This document shows positions 19,758-24,000 of a DNA stretch of 24,000 nt, in pieces (position 1 is the stretch's first letter; each line of letters opens with the position of its first letter). This stretch comes from Laribacter hongkongensis DSM 14985 (GTDB lineage: Bacteria > Pseudomonadota > Gammaproteobacteria > Burkholderiales > Aquaspirillaceae). The translations under genes were made by a program, and so were the position numbers. The stretch spans positions 4,161-28,160 of the forward strand of contig NZ_AUHR01000021.1 in the NCBI RefSeq assembly GCF_000423285.1, in the 5' to 3' direction. A model generated the notes under the pieces. That model ran no database searches, had not been told where the DNA came from, and worked only from the letters and a program-made list of their open reading frames with translations.

Positions 19758-19956
19758 CAGCGTGGCGGCTTGCCACGCTTTGTACGGTAGAACTTCTGGC
19801 CGGAATTCTCGCCTCGTTCGTCTGCTGGCGGCCAGCGCGGGCGATGGGCGGCGGATGCCTGGCCGGTTAAACGACAAGTGTTTTGACGTCCGGGTGGACA
19901 AGCCGCTAGTCTCGCGCTCTTGTGCTGAACGCCGGCCTGCATGCCGTGGAGACATC

Positions 19957-20724
19957 GTGATTGAAGAGTTGTTGTTTTTGGGGGCCATGGCGTTTGTCGC
20001 CGGGCTGATCGACTCGGCCGTCGGCGGAGGCGGGCTGATCCAGATTCCGGCGTTGTTCAACGCGCTGCCCGAGGTCAATACCGCCACCCTGTTCGGCACC
20101 AACAAGTTTTCGTCCATCTTCGGTACGGCCAGTGCCGCCCGCAGCTTCATGCGTCGCGTGCGCCTGCCGTGGGCGCTGATCCTGCCGGCAGCCGGCTGTG
20201 CCTTTGTGTTTTCGTTTGCCGGCGCCGCAGCCGTGAGCCTGATTCCCAAAGAGGTGATGAAGCCGGCCGTGCTGGTGCTGCTGGTCGGCATGGCGATCTA
20301 CACCTTGTGGAAAAAGGACTTCGGCAAGCTGCACAAGCCGGCCGTGATCGGCCAGCGCGAACGCTGGCTGGCAGCACTGATCGGCGGGGCGATCGGGTTT
20401 TACGACGGCATTTTCGGGCCGGGTACCGGCAGCTTCCTGATTTTCCTGTTCATCCGCTTTTTTGCCTTCGATTTCCTGCACGCCTCGGCTTCGGCCAAGT
20501 TCGTCAACTTTGCGACCAACCTGGCCGCGCTGGTGTTTTTTGTCCCGGCCGGCCACATCCTGCTGAAGTTTGCCGTGCCGATGGCGGTCTGCAACGTGGC
20601 CGGGTCGCTGGTGGGGGCACGGCTGGCGCTGCGTGGCGGGGCCGGTTTCGTACGGGTATTGTTCCTGATGTTGCTGGCGGTCCTGATCGGCAAATTTGCT
20701 TACGATATGTGGGGTGCAGCTTAG
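19957..20724 (+). CDS. TauE/SafE family sulfite-exporter-like permease (DUF81)
   Basis: 255 aa from the GTG at 19957 (GGAGA SD 4 nt upstream). N-terminus VIEELLFLGAMAFVAGLIDSAVGGGGLIQIPALF and a repeated Gly-rich TM architecture typical of TauE/SafE. An alternative ATG lies at 19987. Confidence 0.8.
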   Translation: MIEELLFLGAMAFVAGLIDSAVGGGGLIQIPALFNALPEVNTATLFGTNKFSSIFGTASAARSFMRRVRLPWALILPAAGCAFVFSFAGAAAVSLIPKEVMKPAVLVLLVGMAIYTLWKKDFGKLHKPAVIGQRERWLAALIGGAIGFYDGIFGPGTGSFLIFLFIRFFAFDFLHASASAKFVNFATNLAALVFFVPAGHILLKFAVPMAVCNVAGSLVGARLALRGGAGFVRVLFLMLLAVLIGKFAYDMWGAA

Positions 20725-20901
20725 GGCGTCATGCCGGCTGGACCGGACCGGACGGGCAGGCAAAATCCATCCTGATCAATGGTTTGGTGCAGCAGCCCTG
20801 GGTGAAGGCTGCGGCCCGGCCGGCAAGGGAAATGCGACACGGCCGGGCGAATGCCTGTGACAGGAGGTTGTCTCGCCAGGCGATTTGAGTGATAACCCTG
20901 T

Positions 20902-20939
20902 CTCACAGCGAAGAAATGCTTCACAGCGACGAAAAAATG
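20902..20939 (+). repeat. Tandem direct repeat TCACAGCGA(A/C)GAAA(AAA)TGC x2 upstream of pntAA
   Basis: TCACAGCGAAGAAATGC (20902-20918) and TCACAGCGACGAAAAAATGC (20920-20939) share an identical 9-nt core. They lie about 135-170 nt upstream of the pntAA start. Confidence 0.5.
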
Positions 20940-20963
20940 CGCTTGAATGCCAAAAGAATTTTA

Positions 20964-20990
20964 AACGACCGTTTGATCGAGGCGGTCGTT
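20964..20990. promoter_or_regulatory. Inverted repeat AACGACCG-N11-CGGTCGTT upstream of pntAA
   Basis: A perfect 8-bp dyad read directly from the sequence. It could be a protein-binding site or a leader hairpin. No function can be assigned. Confidence 0.3.
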
Positions 20991-21072
20991 GCAGGTTGTG
21001 CTGAGCGCCCGCGCGAGCTGCCGGCAACCTGCGGTAACGGTTCCATTCCAACCATCCCTCAATGAGGTAACC

Positions 21073-22191
21073 ATGCAAATCGTGATTCCCGCCGAAAGGG
21101 CGGGCGAGACGCGGGTCGCCGCCACGCCGGAAACGGTCAAGAAGCTCGTGCAACTGGGCTGCTCGGTGGCGGTACAAAGCGGAGCCGGGCTGAATGCCGC
21201 GATGCCGGATGCGGCCTATGCCGATGCCGGCGCCGAAGTGGTGGCCGACCGGGCGGCGCTGCTGGCCCGGGGCGACATCGTGCTGACCGTGCGTCCGCTG
21301 GAAGAGGCCTGCATCGCCGGCCTGAAGGAAGGCGCCGTGCTGGTCGGCATGATGGCACCGTACGCCAACACCACTTTCCCGCAGATGGCGGCGAAGAAGG
21401 TGTCGGGCTTTGCCATGGAACTGCTACCGCGCACCACGCGCGCGCAGAGCATGGACGTGCTCTCCAGCCAGAACAACATTGCCGGTTACAAGGCGGTGCT
21501 GCTGGCGACGCATTACTACCCGCGCTTCATGCCGATGCTGATGACGGCTGCCGGGACGGTGAAGCCGGCCCGTGTGCTGATCATGGGGGTCGGTGTGGCC
21601 GGTCTTCAGGCCATCGCCACGGCCAAGCGTCTGGGAGCGGTGGTGGAAGCCACCGACGTGCGTGCGTCGACCAAGGAGCAGGTGGAATCGCTGGGCGGCA
21701 AGTTCATCGAAGTGCCGATGACCGACGAGGAAAAAGCCGCCAACGACGGCGTGTACGCCAAGGAAATGTCTGACGACTACAAGCGTCGCCAGGCAGAACT
21801 GGTCGCCAAGCACGCCAGGGCTGCCGACATCATCATTACCACGGCGCTGATCCCGGGACGGCCCGCGCCGCGCCTGATCGCCGCTGATGTGGTGGCGGAG
21901 ATGAAGCCGGGCAGCGTGATCATCGACATTGCCGCCGAAGCCGGTGGCAACTGCGAGCTGACCCGCGCAGGCGAGGTATACACCACCGACAACGGCGTGA
22001 CCGTGGTGGGCCTGCCCAACCTGCCGGGCATGGTGGCTTTCGATGCTTCCAGCCTGTATGCCAAGAACCTGCTCACCTTCCTCGGCCTGATGCTGACCAA
22101 GGAAGGCTTCAAGCTCAATCTGGAAGACGACCTGCTGGCGGCCACCCTGGTGACCCACGAAGGCCAGGTGCGTTTCCCTGCTGCCCAATAA
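21073..22191 (+). CDS. pntAA: NAD(P) transhydrogenase subunit alpha, part 1 (dI)
   Basis: 372 aa from the ATG at 21073 (GAGG SD). [25 protein letters not shown]..., with the NAD-binding motif [20 protein letters not shown]. Confidence 0.93.
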   Translation: MQIVIPAERAGETRVAATPETVKKLVQLGCSVAVQSGAGLNAAMPDAAYADAGAEVVADRAALLARGDIVLTVRPLEEACIAGLKEGAVLVGMMAPYANTTFPQMAAKKVSGFAMELLPRTTRAQSMDVLSSQNNIAGYKAVLLATHYYPRFMPMLMTAAGTVKPARVLIMGVGVAGLQAIATAKRLGAVVEATDVRASTKEQVESLGGKFIEVPMTDEEKAANDGVYAKEMSDDYKRRQAELVAKHARAADIIITTALIPGRPAPRLIAADVVAEMKPGSVIIDIAAEAGGNCELTRAGEVYTTDNGVTVVGLPNLPGMVAFDASSLYAKNLLTFLGLMLTKEGFKLNLEDDLLAATLVTHEGQVRFPAAQ

Positions 22192-22201
22192 GGAGAGAAA
22201 C

Positions 22202-22498
22202 ATGGTCGATCCCTTCGTCACCAGTTTCACCATTTTCGTGCTGGCCGTTTTCGTGGGTTACCACGTGGTGTGGAACGTCACGCCGGCCCTGCATACCCCG
22301 CTGATGGCGGTGACCAATGCCATTTCCGGCATCATCATCGTCGGTGCCCTGTTGCAGGTCGTGGACATCAACGGTGAGTCCATCACCCTGACTTCGGTCC
22401 TGGGCGCCATCGGCATTTTCCTGGCGAGCATCAACATCTTCGGTGGTTTTCTGGTCACCCAGCGCATGCTCGACATGTTCAAGAAAAAGAAGAGATAA
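22202..22498 (+). CDS. pntAB: NAD(P) transhydrogenase subunit alpha, part 2 (membrane dII-a)
   Basis: 98 aa, hydrophobic, with the conserved segment [21 protein letters not shown]. It begins 10 nt after pntAA. Confidence 0.9.
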   Translation: MVDPFVTSFTIFVLAVFVGYHVVWNVTPALHTPLMAVTNAISGIIIVGALLQVVDINGESITLTSVLGAIGIFLASINIFGGFLVTQRMLDMFKKKKR

Positions 22499-22511
22499 GG
22501 GCTGAACGAAC

Positions 22512-23885
22512 ATGGAAAACCTGTCTGCCATTCTTTACCTGGTCGCGGCGGTGCTGTTCATCCTCGCGCTCAAGGGGCTGTCCAGCCCGACAACCGCCCT
22601 GCGCGGCAACCTCTACGGCATCATCGGCATGCTGGTCGCCGTGCTGACCACCTTTGCCATCATGGACAAGCCGGTGCTGGGCCTGATCGGCGTGGCGATC
22701 GTGGCCGGTGGTGCCATCGGCGCCTGGAAGGCCAAGACCGTCCAGATGACCGGCATGCCGGAGCTGGTGGCGGCCATGCACTCGCTGGTCGGCCTGTCGG
22801 CCGTGCTGATTGCCGTGGCGGCCATCTTCCACAGCGGCGTCGAACATACGCCGGTACAGAAGATCGAGCTGTTCATCGGTGCCTTTATCGGTGCCATCAC
22901 CTTTACCGCTTCGGTGATTGCCTACGGCAAGCTGTCCGGCAAGTTCGGTTCCAGGGCCGTGGTGTTCAACGGCCAGCACCTGCTGAACCTGCTGCTGGCG
23001 ATCGCCATGGTCGGCTTTGGCGTGCTGTACTTCATGACTGACGCACACGCGGCCTTCCTCGCGATGGTCGCCATTGCCCTGGTGCTGGGCGTGACGCTGA
23101 TCATCCCGATCGGTGGCGCGGACATGCCGGTGGTGGTGTCGATGCTCAACTCGTACTCGGGCTGGGCGGCAGCGGGTATCGGCTTTACGCTGAACAACCC
23201 GGTGCTGATCATTGCCGGTGCCTGCGTCGGCTCGTCCGGTGCCATCCTGTCGTACATCATGTGCAAGGCGATGAACCGTTCGATCGTGTCGGTGCTGCTG
23301 GGCGGCTTTGGTGCCGAAGCCGGCAGTGGCGGCGCGGCCGGAGCCGCGGGCCCGAAGAACTACAAGTCGGGCTCGGCCGAGGATGCATCCTTCCTGATGA
23401 GCAACGCTGACAGCGTGATCATCGTGCCGGGCTACGGTCTGGCCGTGTCACGGGCCCAGCATGCGTTGCAGGAATACGCCAGGCTGCTGACCGAAAAAGG
23501 CGTGAACGTGCGCTACGCCATTCACCCGGTGGCCGGCCGCATGCCGGGCCACATGAACGTGTTGCTGGCCGAAGCCGAGGTGCCGTACGAGCAGGTGCTG
23601 GAGATGGAGGAGATCAACTCCGACTTTGCCAACACCGACGTGGTGCTGGTGATCGGTGCCAACGACGTGGTGAACCCGGCAGCCCAGAAGGATTCGAGCA
23701 GCCCGATTTACGGCATGCCGATCCTTGAGGCTTACAAGGCCCGCACGGTGATCGTGGTCAAGCGCTCGATGAGTGTGGGTTACGCCGGCCTCGACAACGA
23801 TCTCTTCTACATGGACAAGACCATGATGGTGTTTGGAGACGCCAAAAAGGTGGTGGAAGAGCTGGTGAAGGCTGCGGAGCTCTGA
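22512..23885 (+). CDS. pntB: NAD(P) transhydrogenase subunit beta (dII-b + dIII)
   Basis: 457 aa. An N-terminal multi-TM region and a C-terminal NADP(H) domain with the motifs GYGLAVSRAQH, HPVAGRMPGHMNVLLAEA and GANDVVNPAA. Confidence 0.95.
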   Translation: MENLSAILYLVAAVLFILALKGLSSPTTALRGNLYGIIGMLVAVLTTFAIMDKPVLGLIGVAIVAGGAIGAWKAKTVQMTGMPELVAAMHSLVGLSAVLIAVAAIFHSGVEHTPVQKIELFIGAFIGAITFTASVIAYGKLSGKFGSRAVVFNGQHLLNLLLAIAMVGFGVLYFMTDAHAAFLAMVAIALVLGVTLIIPIGGADMPVVVSMLNSYSGWAAAGIGFTLNNPVLIIAGACVGSSGAILSYIMCKAMNRSIVSVLLGGFGAEAGSGGAAGAAGPKNYKSGSAEDASFLMSNADSVIIVPGYGLAVSRAQHALQEYARLLTEKGVNVRYAIHPVAGRMPGHMNVLLAEAEVPYEQVLEMEEINSDFANTDVVLVIGANDVVNPAAQKDSSSPIYGMPILEAYKARTVIVVKRSMSVGYAGLDNDLFYMDKTMMVFGDAKKVVEELVKAAEL

Positions 23886-23906
23886 TCCCTTGCGCATGCA
23901 GACAAG

Positions 23907-23937
23907 ACCCCGGGCAAGGATGTCCGGGGTTTTTTAC
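23907..23937 (+). terminator. Intrinsic terminator after pntB
   Basis: Stem ACCCCGG / CCGGGGT (7 bp, extendable by a G-U pair) with a 10-nt loop, followed by TTTTTT. Confidence 0.7.
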
Positions 23938-24000
23938 ATGGAAATCTTTCAAAAACAGTGATTTGTGGAAAATGCAGTCATGTTTTGCGGATTTTTGGCA

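Noticed and set aside
19757-19942. 61-aa minus-strand ORF whose stop abuts the leader terminator
   Set aside because: It has no SD, atypical third-position composition, and an Arg/Pro/Gly-rich product. It cannot be supported as a gene, although a small ORF or sRNA ending at this terminator is not excluded (see finding).
19698-20291. N-terminal ~200 codons of the 559-aa minus ORF, and the first ~129 codons of the 384-aa plus ORF (19570-19956)
   Set aside because: They are read-through extensions across the ldt-tauE intergenic region and into each other's coding sequence. Homology, signal peptide and SD sites place the true starts at 19709/19697 (ldt) and 19957 (tauE).

Overview
GC-rich (roughly 63% by eye) chromosomal segment of a betaproteobacterium. 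The protein sequences look Neisseriales/Chromobacteriaceae-like, but that assignment is tentative. It spans the classical replication-initiation gene cluster: gyrB<-dnaN<-dnaA on the minus strand diverge from rpmH->rnpA->yidD->yidC->mnmE on the plus strand at about 14.1 kb. Left flank: a minus-strand operon (ferritin-like diiron gene, hldC, birA, partial coaX), then amtB, then pirin<-azoR with a divergent LysR regulator, then a dcm-vsr pair (C5 cytosine methyltransferase plus very-short-patch repair endonuclease) abutting gyrB. Right flank: an OprI/Lpp-like lipoprotein convergent with a LysM-YkuD L,D-transpeptidase, a TauE/SafE permease, and pntAA-pntAB-pntB transhydrogenase. I saw no tRNA/rRNA, CRISPR array, transposase, integrase or phage genes. 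This is mostly ordinary core genome, and I do not see a convincing new multi-gene system. Four points deserve a second look. (1) The dcm gene has no partner endonuclease, carries an N-terminal HTH, and has a perfect AGGAC-N5-GTCCT dyad 24 nt upstream of its start, which suggests SsoII-type autoregulation. (2) A strong intrinsic terminator sits inside the leader of the L,D-transpeptidase gene. (3) A C-terminal-lysine lipoprotein is paired with that transpeptidase. (4) A 475-bp spacer upstream of dcm has no coding signal and contains an 18-bp tandem duplication. Many long ORFs in the six-frame track are antisense shadow ORFs typical of high-GC DNA and were rejected.
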